DNA of 64,000 nucleotides from Haliotis rufescens (Eukaryota): positions 12,710,001 through 12,774,000 of the forward strand of contig NW_025964361.1 in assembly GCF_023055435.1 (NCBI RefSeq), in the 5' to 3' direction. The stretch's first letter is position 1; the number at the start of each line of letters is the position of its first letter. Shown here in pieces: positions 37,414-51,099 of this stretch. Both the position numbers and the translations under genes were made by a program. Below the pieces are notes generated by a model. It saw nothing but the letters and a program-made list of their open reading frames with translations, had not been told where the DNA came from and made no database searches.

Positions 37414-39716
37414 GATGGGCGCTTGGGGGGTGTCCAAGCCATGTGTGTGGTCACTTGGCACTCAAACTGCACATACTTATATCGTGGAGGGACGCATAGC
37501 AATCTCTGATTGGTTAAGTTTTGAAGACATTAATTAATTTATTGTCACCATTAGTTCCTTTGTTATTTTATGTATTGTTCCTGGTTGATACCATATTCTC
37601 ATAGGTAACCTAACTTATGTCCACCAATAGTAGATTATGGTTATAACAAAACAAAGCCTGGCGTGTAAGGCTGTTGGCATGTATACATTTAAGTCAGTTT
37701 CGGGTTCACCGGATTTCTTGTTTTTGTAAGCAAAAGCAGTATTTAGGGCATTTCACTGGATCCTAAACTTAAAACGGTACTAACTAGAGGCATTCAAATT
37801 AAAATGCCAATTTAGGGAATGTAAGTGGTACAAAGGTGTTCTCCTATTTGTAGATTCTCAAAGGTTAGCTGCCAATCACACCCTAGAAGTCCCCCCCCGA
37901 TTATTTATACAGACGTGTCATGCAGTTCAATAATTTTATGTGTATTAAATGCTTATGTTATGCAGTGTCTGTGGGGTATTTTGTGATAGACCTAAATACT
38001 AGATAAGGAAACGTATGTGGAAAGAATGTATTCAGCTGTAGATTCCGGTCATCTGGCTACAAATCCTGTGATGTATTAATGGTTGAAGTATTTTGATCTG
38101 AACAGTCCGAATGTTTATAACTAAAATTTTGGAATTGAATACAGTGACAAAGTCTTATATCAATATGTGGACTCATAAATATTGGTTTTATTTTTAACTG
38201 AGATATGATATTTTCTTTACCATTGCTTTACCATTCATTGTACCATTCTAAACCATGTGAATGTTGTAATATCAGTCAATCGGGTGAGAAAACAGCCCAA
38301 TCCTCGCTCTATAAAGGACTATGTCACTCATTTTGCAAGTTGAAATGACCCCTAATACTTTATAAATACTTTATGACAGTTTATGGAGTACAAATCAATG
38401 CTGATTAGTCAAACCGCTATGCAATTTTTTTTTCAAAGGAAAGTATGCCTTATTCTGTAAAATTACCATTGGCTCGGGCATAACCGCTGGGCTAACCACG
38501 CGGTTCAAGATAATTGAGCACTGTTCGACTTTTTTTAACCGAGCGTTCCTAACCGCGCCAAGATGGGCGCTTGGGGGGTGTCCAAGCCATGTGTGTGGTC
38601 ACTTGGCACTCAAACTGCACATACTTATATCGTGGAGGGACGCACAGCAATCTCTGATTGGTTAAGTTTTGAAGACATTAATTAATTTATTGTCACCATT
38701 AGTTCCTTTGTTATTTTATGTATTGTTCCTGGTTGATACCATATTCTCATAGGTAACCTAACTTATGTCCACCAATAGTGGATTATGGTAATAACAAAAC
38801 AAAGCCTGGCGTGCATGGCTGTTGGCATTTATAAATTTAAGTCAGTTTCGGGTTCACCGGATTTCTTGTTTTTGTAAGCAAAAGCAGTATTTAGGCATTT
38901 CACTGGATCCTAAACTTAAAACGGTACTAACTAGAGGCATTCAAATTAAAATGCCAATTTAGGGAATGTAAGTGGTACAAAGGTGTTCTCCTATTTGTAG
39001 ATTCTCAAAGGTTAGCTGCCAATCACACCCTAGAAGTCCCCCCCCCCCCCCCCGATTATTTATACAGACGTGTCATGCAGTTCAATAATTTTATGTGTAT
39101 TAAATGCTTATGTTATGCAGTGTCTGTGGGGTATTTTGTGATAGACCTAAATACTAGATAAGGAAACGTATGTGGTAAGAATGTATTCAGCTGTAGATTC
39201 CGGTCATCTGGCTACAAATCCTGTGATGTATTAATGGTTGAAGTATTTTGATCTGAACAGTCCGAATGTTTATAACTAAAATTTTGGAATTGAATACAGT
39301 GACAAAGTCTTATATCAATATGTGGACTCATAAATATTGGTTTTATTTTTAACTGAGATATGATATTTTCTTTACCATTGCTTTACCATTCATTGTACCA
39401 TTCTAAACCATGTGAATGTTGTAATATCAGTCAATCGGGTGAGAAAACAGCCCAATCCTCGCTCTATAAAGGACTATGTCACTCATTTTGCAAGTTGAAA
39501 TGATCCCTGATACTTTATGAATACTTTATGACAGTTTATGGAGTACAAATCAATGCTGATTAGTCAAACCGCTATGCAATTTTTTTTTCAAAGGAAAGTA
39601 TGCCTTATTCTGTAAAATTACCATTGGCTCGGGTAGAACCGCTGGGCTAACCACGCGGTTCAAGATAATTGAGCACTGTTCGACTTTTTTTAACCGAGCG
39701 TTCCTAACCGCGCCAA
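37414..39716 (+). repeat. ~1.15-kb direct tandem duplication (37414-38561 and 38562-39716)
   Basis: gatgggcgcttggggggtg...ttcctaaccgcgccaa occurs twice. Junction aaccgcgccaa|gatgggcgc. Confidence 0.93.
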
Positions 39717-40699
39717 TGAAAATACTACATCATAAATGAACTGTTTCGATTTGCGCGGTTTTACCAACCGCTAGCCCCTAGCGGTTTGCAGTTGGTCAAA
39801 CCGCGCCAAACCGCGCACAATGGAAACTAAGTCGCCGAACTTTTAAGCATACTTTTTGTATATAGCATTTCAACCACCTAGCTAAACGTGCCCCAAACCG
39901 CGTGGCAAACCGCGCACATGGAAACTCAGCCCAAATGGCGGCGGCTTTTACATAAGCCAGTAAAGCTTGTTTGTCAATCCCCATTCATATATTTATGTAT
40001 AAAAATCTGTTGAAACAAAATACATTGTTAAGCCTGGTTTGTTTGCATTAAAATCAAAACAAAGGAATCTGTAAGGTGTAAAAAGCTTTTACATAAAAGA
40101 GCAAAATACATGGGAGAGAGTAAATGCATAATTCTATATAATTTTCTTGAATGGAGCACATGTGAAAAAAAGATAATCCAAGCATATGCGATATTGCCGT
40201 GTTTAAAGAATTTATATCAGTCATATATTTCTAACTTAGATCACCAGTATGTAACCCAGGTAAAACATGCATATCGAGGAACATTGTAATGTTGGTACAG
40301 TTTATCGTGTCTTCGTGCTTTATAACTAGCATTACACATTGTCTTTTCATATTCCTCAAGGTTTTAATGTTTATTTGTTTATGTACTTTTTTATATATTC
40401 TTTTCTCTCCTTTATTTTTTCTGGGCTATATATTTATCTAAATATACATTTAGTTACTAGTATGTGTGGGGTGTTTAACAGAAACCTGGTTGCACCATGA
40501 TATTCTAGCCACTGATATTACATTGATACCATTTTCAAATCGTAGCCTGTATTAAGGAATATATCCGCCCGGGGGAGATTTTATTTCAGAACAGATTCAC
40601 CGGGGAAGAATCTGTACCAGTATAAAATCTCCAGTGGGAGAATTTGTACGGGGGAAAGTTTATGACAGGACACGGGCCGCATTTCAGGCTGACTGCCGA

Positions 40700-43287
40700 C
40701 TTGTATAGGGGATTACCATTATTGGTCAGCGTGTCTATCTAGAAATGACACGACGGCGGTGAACTCTAAAGCAAGTGTTAGCACCATGACAATATCATGA
40801 GCATGTAATGAAAATACTTCATTGTAATCTTCACCATTATTTAGAATCAAAATAAACTCTTTGTCTTTTCCTGTTGTCTCTGATATCTCTGGCTCAGGGA
40901 CATAATTTGTTGATGAAGAATGTTTGGCAAGAGTTTTGCCAAGATTATTTGCAATGGCAGATTTATCAGATATTAAATTATCACTGTTTTTGAGATTTGA
41001 AACTTTTGCCATTTATGCTTTTAACATGTTCAATCCCTTGGACATGGTGGTGCGTGAAGTAATTTTTGAGTCGTTCTTATAAGCACGCGATGCCAGGACA
41101 TAAGTAATTTTTTACATTTTCAAATTGTGAACTGTAGCATGTCGGTGGAAATATTTTCCCACTTTCTTCCTACACTCCGTTGTTTTTTGCAGGCGTTATT
41201 AGATGATGGTTTACGAATATGAGGATTTTCAGAGGACTTTGCAATTGTTTGGTCAGCAATTTCTAGTTGAGCCGAAAACAACTGGATGTGATATTGTGAA
41301 TCTGTGAAATTATAGTTTTTAGTTTTTGAGGACATAACATATTATACAAGGACCAATTGGCTTTCATAAAACTCCACCGTGATGATGAAGGTGGGTCATC
41401 ATTCGCTTTTACAGCTTTTGGGACAGTAGGGAAGTAATCACTTTCACAAAGGTCATCATGCACAGGCCATTCGAACTCATTGTAAACGTTTAACCCGAAA
41501 GAGTCAGGATGTAAAAAGACCCATACATCATTATCAGAAATATAATCTGCAGTGACTTTAACCTTATTGGTAGTAGCTGCACTTCCACAAAGTGGGTTAT
41601 GTCCATTTAAATCGCCCATGATGATGCAGGGCTTTGGGAGCTGATCATGTAGATTCTAAAGATCAAATAGTTGAAGAGTAGATGAAGGTGGGACATACAG
41701 AAAGCACAAAGTCCATGCAGTGTGCAATGTAAGTCGGACAATAACAACTTGAAGATAAGTATTTAAATGAACAGAAGTATGAATGATGTGCTGCCTGACT
41801 AAAATAGCAGAGCCCCCAGACGCGTTATCTCCCGGAGGAGTAAATGAATGATGAGACTTGTACAGCCTTAGGTCCAACGTTTCTCTATGTTTAAGGTACG
41901 CCTCTTGGAGACAGATTGCTGACGGCTTAAAATCTTGTATTAAAAAGTGCAACTCATTAAAATGTGTCCTGAATCCTTGGAAGTTCCACTAAATCAAATG
42001 ATTGGTATTACTCATTAAGGTGGACTAACAGGAGATCGTCTCCTGTCTTCCTTTTTGGGAGAGTGGCCACTTGTACGACCACTTGTGCTCATTTGAAGGG
42101 ACACATATCCTCTAGCGACCATACATGTTGTTGAGCTACACAGGAAGTTTTAGTGTCTTTTGACACTCAGTGTGTTAGATATTTGTTTTTTGGATTGTCA
42201 ACATTATTTCATGCAATGGTTGTGGTTGTTGTTTCTGTTTCTTTGTTGGTGCTGGTGTTGGAGCTGGTGTTGGAGCTGGTGTTGGAGCTGGAGCTGGAGC
42301 TTTGATGACAATTTTAGATACTGGCTTAGGTGTGTCACCTATTGTCCATGACAGATCTGACTGACCTTGTACAGATGCTGTTGTAAACAGAAGCAGAAGA
42401 ATGTTGGATAGTGTTTGAAGGTGAGACTAACTTTGCTGGTAAAGCTGATCTTCTGCTGAGAATTAATTTTTTGCACAATGCCTTGAAACTTATGGTCACT
42501 GCAGTCAGTTGAATAGGACATATGTTTACCCTGACAGTTAGAGCATTGGTTTAGTGCAGGCATTTCCGTCATGACCCATCTCACCACATCTGAAGCAAAT
42601 AGCCTTGCCTGTACATGAATTCTGCCCATGTCCAAATTTCTGGCATTTGAAACATCGAGTTGGTCGTGGAACAGAAATAACCGTTTCATCATCAGTTGAA
42701 TCAAGTTCAGAATCAGAATCAGAAAGTTGCCGGGTTGTTTTTTACACATAGTTGTAGTAACTGTGGTTCAGCAAACCTGCTCCCTGCCCTCCAAGGAGCA
42801 CCAACAAGGGCGATGCCATACGTAAGCAGAATTCCAGCAAATTAACATCATAATGCAAAAATATTATACTCCAGCAAAACAATATAATCTACCATATTGG
42901 TCGAAGAGCTACCGTCTTCTGGGCATACGACTCTCGGCAAAGTTAGAAATTGAAATTATACGTTTGGGATTTAAGTAAAATATCATTTGGCCAAGACTTA
43001 AACAAACTATCACAACATTAAGATAAACTTGTGTGAAACAATAATGACGAACAGGGTTTGGCATGACCAGGCGATTGATATCACCAGGCCCATCCTACCT
43101 CCCGTCAAGGGCAATGTAAGGGTCAAAGTGATGTGTTGGACAAAAAACACTATTGCCGGCTCTGGCGTCCTCAACCATAAGACTTCCTTTCTCTGCCGCC
43201 ACAGTGATGCAACCCACAGCAAACAGGTTGCCCAATTCGCTCGCCTCTTTCGACCAGCAATGGGGTGCAGGGGACACATTCTACCCC
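40700..43287 (-). mobile_element. I/Nimb-type LINE 5' UTR/ORF1/APE, copy in the last unit
   Basis: Homolog of 27330-30365 (ICLQEA, MGDLNGHNPL) with an ORF1 deletion near 42680. Confidence 0.88.
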
Positions 43288-43351
43288 ACTAACCATTTAC
43301 TTGCCTGCTATTACAGGCTCTTACTCTAAGCACACTCCTCCAGACACCACT

Positions 43352-45063
43352 TTAGCCACTTTTCAGCTCTTCAAAATATTTTACAGTCTCTAGTATTATC
43401 GTTCCTTCCAAGTTGTAAACATATACATGCCCATGAGTTTCCTCTTCTGAGATACACACAATGGCTATTTCATCACCAAATGCTGTTAAAGACTAAGCAT
43501 CATCATAGTTTTCAGGGCACTTTATTAAAAACGTATCCAGGTTATTTGTAACGTTTCGCATGTATACTCTCAAATCTACAATACTGTAAATTAGAAGATC
43601 TTTCAAAATCACAAATTGTAACAAATGACGCGGAGCCGAGATGCTCGTAAGTATTTGCGGAATGACAGGGGGCTGGTGATTGTATATATATAGAATACTA
43701 AACGAGTTCCCGTGTAATACCAATTTTATGAAACGAGTGAATAGTTGTGGTATCTGACGATTGGTTTTACAGGGGAGCTAGTTTTGTATTTTATTTATTA
43801 CTTACCTTTTATAACGTTTTTAGAATTACATTGTTGAGTATGAATAGGCTGACACTTACACGATCCACGGCATAGCCCAACTGAGTGTAACAGAATAATA
43901 GATTGTAATTCTAACACCTTGAAAGTTGAAACGTATGAATTTAATACCATTCAACAGTCCACCTTTAGAATTCACAAAATTGTCGTAGGGCTAAGACTAT
44001 CGCAACTCACATACTTTAACAGACTAACGACTGTCGTTGCGATCGCCTTGTTGAACGGGCCTTGCACCTCAAAGTTTACAATAACGTCAAAATAACCGAT
44101 GACGTAATTTGTGGATTTTTGTTGCAAGATCCATCGGCGAAACAATGCCATGTGACGTCAGCCTAGCAACACGGTTGCTGGGGTAATCGAGTGTGCATAA
44201 GCTCCTCTCAGTCCACAAGCAATGTCGTTGAATAAGCCAAAGGATGTGGAGAGCTTTCAATATTTGTTCGTGAAACGTGTTTCGAGAGTACATAAGCACG
44301 CGTTTTTGTATTACACAATGTGTAATACAGCTGTATGTTCATCTTGTTCCTACTTCCGCCTATAAGATAAGTGCTGGTGACTATGTGCTCGTTAACATAG
44401 GCAATAACAACTTTGGTTGGATTGTCAATCTCTGTTGCCATCAGTTGCCAGTTGGAATCCCGTCCTTGAACGAAAATGATATGTTTATTACTTTTGTCAT
44501 AACGAAGTCCGCAGATTTCATCATAGCCCTCACTAACCAGCATTTTTAGAAAACGGCCATCAAGGGAGTGAAGTCGTATGCTGTAACTATCAGGCTGAAC
44601 TATCAGAAGACAGGCACGCGAATCCACTGCCCAGTTCATGGGAGAATGTAAGCCAGATATGCGAAACCCAATTTGTTCCATTCGGGTCCAACACATATAA
44701 ACCCATTTCAACTGTTTCCTCTGCGAAAAGTAAATCCTTTGAAGAGTCCATTCGAATTGTGAGCGGGATGCCAGTACATCTGGATCTTGGGGATAGAGCT
44801 GTCCTGTTAGAAGCCACTCTTGGACTAACATGAAATGAAGTATTTGTTTTTTGTTGACCAGTTTCCTTCACTGCTGCTCGGGAGAAAAGAACAATTCATA
44901 ATTCCCGATTCATATACTATCGCACAGATAAAATTGCCAAAGTTCATGAAGGTACTTTTGTTTTGCTTTCAAGTTGCAAATGTTTCCATTCAATACTTTC
45001 AGAAGGAGGCGTTTTTAAGCAGAAACAGGCTACCATCACCACGACGTTTCTAAGGCTTTTCAT
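43352..45063 (-). pseudogene. Propeller gene copy 4, pseudogene
   Basis: Frameshifting indels near 44958, 44850 and 44665, an in-frame stop at 43493, and a ~650-bp mobile element (43691-44336) replacing ~60 bp of coding sequence. Confidence 0.88.
43691..44336 (-). mobile_element. Same hairpin-ended element inserted in propeller gene copy 4
   Basis: Reverse-complement homolog of ~19805-20449. Confidence 0.8.
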
Positions 45064-46830
45064 GTTTTTGTGTAAGGAGCTGAATATCCAAACGGCGACT
45101 TCAGAACAAGTTTCAGGACAGAAGGACTGCACAGAATATTCCAATTAACTACGAAAGCCACAGAAATGTATCAAATACATTTATGTGGCTTTCGTATTAA
45201 TTTGAATAATCTTTTGCTTATTTATAAATCGTTGATAAGCTGTTGTTTTATATTTTTTTCATAAAACAACAGCTTATCAGCGATTTATAAATAAGGAAAA
45301 TTGTTTCAAACTCGATTCATCATTATCATAAGATCTGATCTCGAGATTTGCAATCATATGCTGAAAAGAAGAAAGAAGACGAAACACCAAGATACAACTG
45401 TTTTTTGCTTTAAGCTAACTCAACAGCCGATGCTGCAGCTGGAACGAATCTTTGCAAACCTTTATCCTCACTTCTTGTCCCGTACATAGATATCAAACCA
45501 ACCATCAAGCGTTATACTCGGGATCGTATGCAAAACAAAGGGGGACACCCAGGTGGGGATCAATAAACTTCATCAGTTTAAACTATCAATCGGTCACACC
45601 TACGTAGGTATTCAGTAAAGACGTCATTTTGCGACGAGGTCCTTTTGGACACAATCGGTGTGCCAACGAATATCTGCTTAACACAGATAATGACGAAGCT
45701 CCTAAGTGTATACCTATTGTGCTTGACTGTGCAATTGCAAAAGAGATTGCTTGACTGTGCAATTGCAAGAGATTCACATCATCAAACAGTAATTGCGTTT
45801 TCCCTGTGAGCGGGCTCTCATCATCAGCCTGGGGAAAGACATTAATCTGTATCATAAACTATAAATATATATGGTTTAATTAAATTTGGAGTGATACTTT
45901 TTGTTAACAGAGATTATGGACTACCCAGGAATTTTGGAAGTACCCTAAAATTATTATTATTCCTCTATGTGACAGGTAGTTCCTATCATAATCGATGTAA
46001 CTATCATCAACACGCTTTAAACTCATTGCTATGCGTTTCTTAAATAAAATATTAAACATGTTTAATAAATTTGCTTTTAAATCTATCTTTTTAAACGCTA
46101 TATACTTGTTGGAATAATTTTCACTCACTCACCCTTTCGATCGCTTTCATTACAGAAATATTCCAGCAGTTCAATCCTTTGGTGTCCAATTTTGAGGTAC
46201 AATCAATCATGCTCTGTCTATGAAGATTCCAAAGAGCGTTAAATAACTCTAGCTCAAACGGTGTTTTTTCAAGAATACAACATTCGAGGCCTTAGTGAAA
46301 CTTTAAAAAAATGTTTATAGTAGACAGGTGGAAGACATTTCCAAATATTACGCATCACTGACAAAATGATGTGCGATGCAATTCCCTATTTTGACTTGTA
46401 CCATATTTTCCTGATATTATTACTGTTTGATTGAAATCATTTGGCCATTGACTTGGCTTTGCGTGTGTTTGTGATTTGTTCCATCGTTGGAGCTCACCTT
46501 TCTGTGAACACCTATGTGATAGTGATTCATAAACACATGTATAGTCGGAATCGTAAAGTCGACCATGCTTTGGGCAGAGATTTTTTATGAAAGTGGAAAG
46601 GGGGGAGAAGGCGGAAAGGGGATTTATTACCCAGTTCAATATTAGCAGATCCTCATGAAGGGGATTAAACACACAACTTAAAGTTCACTTTATATAGCGT
46701 TTTTAAAAGATGGCTGATCAGTCTAAACGTTTAGACTGTCAATAGGAGGTGATCTGAACGATCATTGAAAGAGACCTTGAAGATAGATTGATTCGAGTAA
46801 TAATATAATAGTAATAATAATAATAATAAT

Positions 46831-47240
46831 AACAAGAGTTTGCCACTTATGTGGCTGTATCCCACCCCTGTTGCAGAATTTGCGACATAATTAAATCTAA
46901 GCAAACTCTTAGCTTTTTTAACCGAGGTGGAACTTGTCATGGAAATTGTCAAAAAAAGAAGAGTTTGGAACCTAAGTCCATCTTGTTGCCATGGAAACGT
47001 AATAAAACAAAATTTCTATAATTTCTAAATAGCAAAAGGCACCAGTTCAGCATGTACCTGACAGACCTGCAAAGTTTGATGAAAAGATATGGAACGGTTT
47101 ATGAGTTATGCGCCGGAAACGAACCCCACCCTCCCAGAACCTAAGTCCATCTTGTTGCCATGGAAACGTAAGAAATAAATATTTCTAAAATTTCTAAATA
47201 GCAAAAGGCAACTTTGGTGGGCGGGGGAAAATAATAATAA
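46831..47240 (+). mobile_element. Non-autonomous element with ~169-bp internal tandem repeat (resembles molluscan pearl/HINE-type elements)
   Basis: Starts aacaagag, ends ggcgggggaaaataat, between (TAA)n runs. gaacctaagtccatcttgttgccatggaaacgtaa occurs at ~46968 and ~47137. Confidence 0.5.
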
Positions 47241-47419
47241 TCACTTATAGCCACCAATCATAATGGGAGGGCGTGGTTTGATTAACGTGGGGGCTCTTCT
47301 TGATAGAAATGTATTGTGCACTTTTGCACACATTTATTTGTCTGATGAAAACAATTCCACAGTTTTCTTTAATGAACCAACCAAGCGAAGTGCCATATCA
47401 AATCGGCAAAGAATAAGTT

Positions 47420-47655
47420 TTTTCCATGGAGAGGATGTCTGAACGACCACTGCATCGAGTCTATGGGCAGTGTGTTGAGAAGATCAACAACCCAGCGGAG
47501 TCCTTGAATGAGGTCAGCTGGCCTGAAAAGTGTAACAGGGGGCTTTCTGTTTGCTGCTCAGGGCCAGTCACTTCGCACTCGAAACCGTCAATTTGAGATT
47601 TTGCATCAAAATGTAAATATGAAATGTAGAATGTGCAATGAATTTATTGAGGTAA
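47420..47655 (+). mobile_element. Dong/R4-type LINE C-terminal fragment
   Basis: GLKSVTGGFLFAAQGQSLRTRN...KCRMC matches the ETEGxxxAAQDQxLxTR...KCRxC motif. Confidence 0.65.
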
Positions 47656-48234
47656 AGCTTTGGGTAACGGATTGTGGATCACTTTCAATACCACCAACCA
47701 CACAGTTTTAATTATTTAAATTATAAACATAATTTAACAACACAATGTTTATTAATTACATTGTAAAGAATATAATTATTCTTTTATGAGTATTCTGTAT
47801 ACAGTCAATGTGGTGGGCACAAGGATGCTCTCGAAGATTTAACGTACACTTCTATCAACATTGAAATATTCTATTCACAGTACAGAATAATAATACTGGG
47901 TATATTACTCTTGAATTTCCCAAGGGAATGAATCTAAATACTAAACAACGCGACAGACAAAATACTGCCTTGTGGAACATCCTGATCCTGATTATAATGA
48001 CCAGACAGGGTAAATCCCACACGAACTTGAAATTGTCTGTCTGATAAAAAAACGGGATATAAATTGAGGCAAAGAGCCTCTCAATCAGAAGTCATATAAA
48101 TCTTGAAAAATACCGTATTTCCATTTTGTGTCATATGCTTTTTCTAGATCTTGTATTTCTTGAATGGCCAATACGACATCGTCGCTAATTGACCTCATCA
48201 AATCTGGACTGACAACCCAGGAAGGTGTATACGA

Positions 48235-48502
48235 GTGAGTGAGTGACTGAGTTGGGTTTAACGCCGCTGTATTCCTGTTATATCACGGCGTGTCAGCTTA
48301 ATGTGGGGGGAAACCCGAAGTGATGCAGACGTGTACCACTTCGGTGAAACCCACGAGCACGGGTATGGTGCTGACAAACCTAGAAACATAATCGGGGCGA
48401 ACCGGGATTCGACCCGCAGTCATAGGATTCTGGCGTGCCCAAGGGACGCAACTCTGCACAGCTAATCGCGGCGCCTTTGACGGCGGGGCGACCCGTGCCC
48501 CC
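48235..48502 (-). mobile_element. tRNA-derived SINE, family B
   Basis: B-box-like GGGTCGAATCC, (CTCA)n tail, TSD aggtgta(t/a)acga. Homologous to 60800-61070. Confidence 0.8.
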
Positions 48503-48514
48503 AGGTGTAAACGA

Positions 48515-49360
48515 TATTTGGTTTAATTTCATGTGATTTATTGATACCTACAAGGGTGTCCCAATTCCATTAGATCATGGGTGTAAGATCTATCCACGGG
48601 TTTATAATCAGTGTATGGGGTGAGAAGTGGTGTCACGGATTTGTTGTGTGCTGCCTTTGCAGCAGCATCAGCCATGGCGTGACAAATGATTCCAGTATGG
48701 CTGGGTAACCAACACAAAACGATGTCGTATTGGCCAGTAACAAGAGCATTATACAATTCAACAATTTCGATTAAAAGTGGATGTTGATATGACATGTTGA
48801 CATGACGAAAGAGAATCAGAAAATATGATAAACTTCTGATATTTTGACTGTTTACAGATATATTTGAGAGCTATTAGAATGGCATTGGCTTCCGCTGTGA
48901 AAATAGAAGAGTTATCAGGTAATCTGGATGTGATAGTCCTGGATAGTCCTGGACAGTGGCGCTGGCAACAGTGTCACCATCCTTGGATCCATCTGTAAAG
49001 ATTGATTTGTAAGTAGTATTATCATATGTGTTTCTTAATTCATGAAATTGGTGTTGATTAACTAGTTCATTTGTTTCAGATTTCTTTCGTCTAGTTAAGG
49101 TTAGGTCCTCTGGCTTTATCAACTGCCATGTCGGAGAAGACAAAAGTTCAGTGGGAGCGATATTTTCAAATTTAGTTTAGCAGCAGAAATATAAGATTAT
49201 TGTCTTATTCCATGTGATTTTCGTAGATTTTCGTAAAGGGGATTAAAAACATATGCTGGATTCGAGTTATTGGTTGTAATTTAGATCCTTAAATATAATA
49301 AAGATCCTCTAATGTGCCGTGTTTTAGGGATGGCTCGTCCGCCTTCACATACAGACTATT
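48515..49360 (-). mobile_element. I/Nimb-type LINE RNase H fragment
   Basis: IFTDGSKDGDTVASA and LCWLPSHTGIICHAMADAAAK. Confidence 0.85.
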
Positions 49361-49680
49361 AATGGATGTAGTAGCAAGAGGTACCACTTCAGGATCTGTT
49401 TGATATATCTGCCAAGTTTTGTTGAAAAATATTAAACGGTTACACTGTGGAAAAAAAATGATTACGGACAGAAGTATTTACTAATATTAGAGATAATTAA
49501 TTTTGTTTTGTGCACATAGCTTGTAGGAGATGTTATAACATATATCTGTCCATCCTCATTGCATATTTCTGTATTTTTGTACTTTATTGTTAGTAGTTTC
49601 CTTGAACTCTATGGACATCTGATGATGGGACAATACAATCTGTTCATTTGTTTTGGTGTTGTTTTTTAGAGCATATTTTC

Positions 49681-51083
49681 AAGCAGCCTTACTCGTGTTA
49701 CCTGTGGAGCCAGCCTTACTCGTGTTACCTGTGGAGCGAGCCTTACACGTGTTACCTGTTAAGCCAGCCTTACTCGTGTTACCTGTGGAGCGAGCCTTAC
49801 ACGTGTTACCTGTGGACGCAGCCTTACTCATGTTACCTGTGGAGCAAGCTTTACACGTGTTACCTGTTAAGCCAGCCTTACTCGTGTTACCTGTGGAGCG
49901 AGCCTTACACGTGTTACCTGTGGACGCTGCCTTACTCATGTTACCTGTGGAGCCATCCTTACTCATGTTACCTGTGGAGCAAGCCTTACACGTGTTACCT
50001 GTTAAGCCAGCCTTACTCGTGTTACCTGTGGAGCGAGCCTTACTCGTGTTACCTGTGGAGCCAGCCATATTCATGTTACCTGTGGAGCCAGCGTTACTCA
50101 TGTTACCTGTGGAGCCAGCCTTACTTGTGTTACATGTGGAGCCAGCCTTACTCATGTTACATGTCGAGCCAGCCTTACTCTTGTTACATGTCGAGCTAGC
50201 CTTACTCATGTTACATGTCGAGCCAGCCTTACTTGTGTTACCTGTAAAGCCAGCCTTTCTCGTGTTACATGTCGAGCCAGCCTTACTCGTGTTATCTGTG
50301 GAGCCAGCCTTACTCGTGTTACCTGTGGAGCCAGCCATACTCATGTTACCTGTGGAGCCAGCCTTACTCATGTTTCATGTGGAGCCAGCCTTACTCATGT
50401 TACATGTCGAGCCAGCCTTACTCGTGTTACATGTCGAGCTAGCCTTACTCATGTTACATGTCGAGCCAGCCTTACATGTGTTACCTGTTAAGCCAGCCTT
50501 ACTCGTGTTACATGTCGAGCCAGCCTTACTCGTGTTACCTGTGGAGCCAGCCTTACACGTGTTACCTGTGGAGTGAGCCTTACTCGTGTTCAATGTTGAG
50601 CCAGCCTTACACGTGTTACCTGTGGAAGCAGCCCTACTCGTGTTACATGTCGAGCCAGCCTTACTCATGTTACCTGTGGAGCGAGCCTTACACGTGTTAC
50701 ATGTCGAGCCAGCCTTACTGATGGTACCTGTGGAGCCAGCCTTATGTTACCTGTGGAGCCAGCCTTACTTGTGTTACCTGTTAAGCCAGCCTTACTCGTG
50801 TTACCTGTGGAGCCAGCCTTACTCGTGTTACCTGTGGAGCCAGCCTTACTCGTGTTACCTGTGGAGCCAGCCTTACTCGTGTTACCTGTGGAGCCAGCCT
50901 GACTCGTGTTCCCTATGGAGCCAGCCTTACTCGTGTTTAATGTTGAGCCAGCCTTACATGTGTTACCTGTGGAGCCAGCCTTACTCATGTTACCTGTGGA
51001 GCCAGCCTTATCATGTTACCTGTGGAGCGAGCCTTATCATGTTACCTGTGGAGCGAGCCTTACTCGTGTTACCTGTGGAAGCA
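49681..51083. repeat. 27-bp minisatellite, ~52 copies
   Basis: Unit gagccagccttactcgtgttacctgtg. Confidence 0.97.
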
Positions 51084-51099
51084 GACACTAGGCGACATC

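Larger units (their letters stand above)
1..46720. repeat. Tandem segmental duplication array, period ~13-14 kb, at least 4 gene copies, probably continuing left of the window
   Basis: Gene stop codons at 2884, 16407, 30430 and 43352 (spacing 13523, 14023, 12922). Flanks are colinear. Bases ~720-1420 match 7380-8015. Confidence 0.95.

Noticed and set aside
1-46720. The whole 13.5-kb unit as one giant autonomous transposon or provirus
   Set aside because: No intact transposase, integrase, polymerase or capsid gene and no unit-level TIR, LTR or TSD is visible. Unequal crossover is the simpler explanation.
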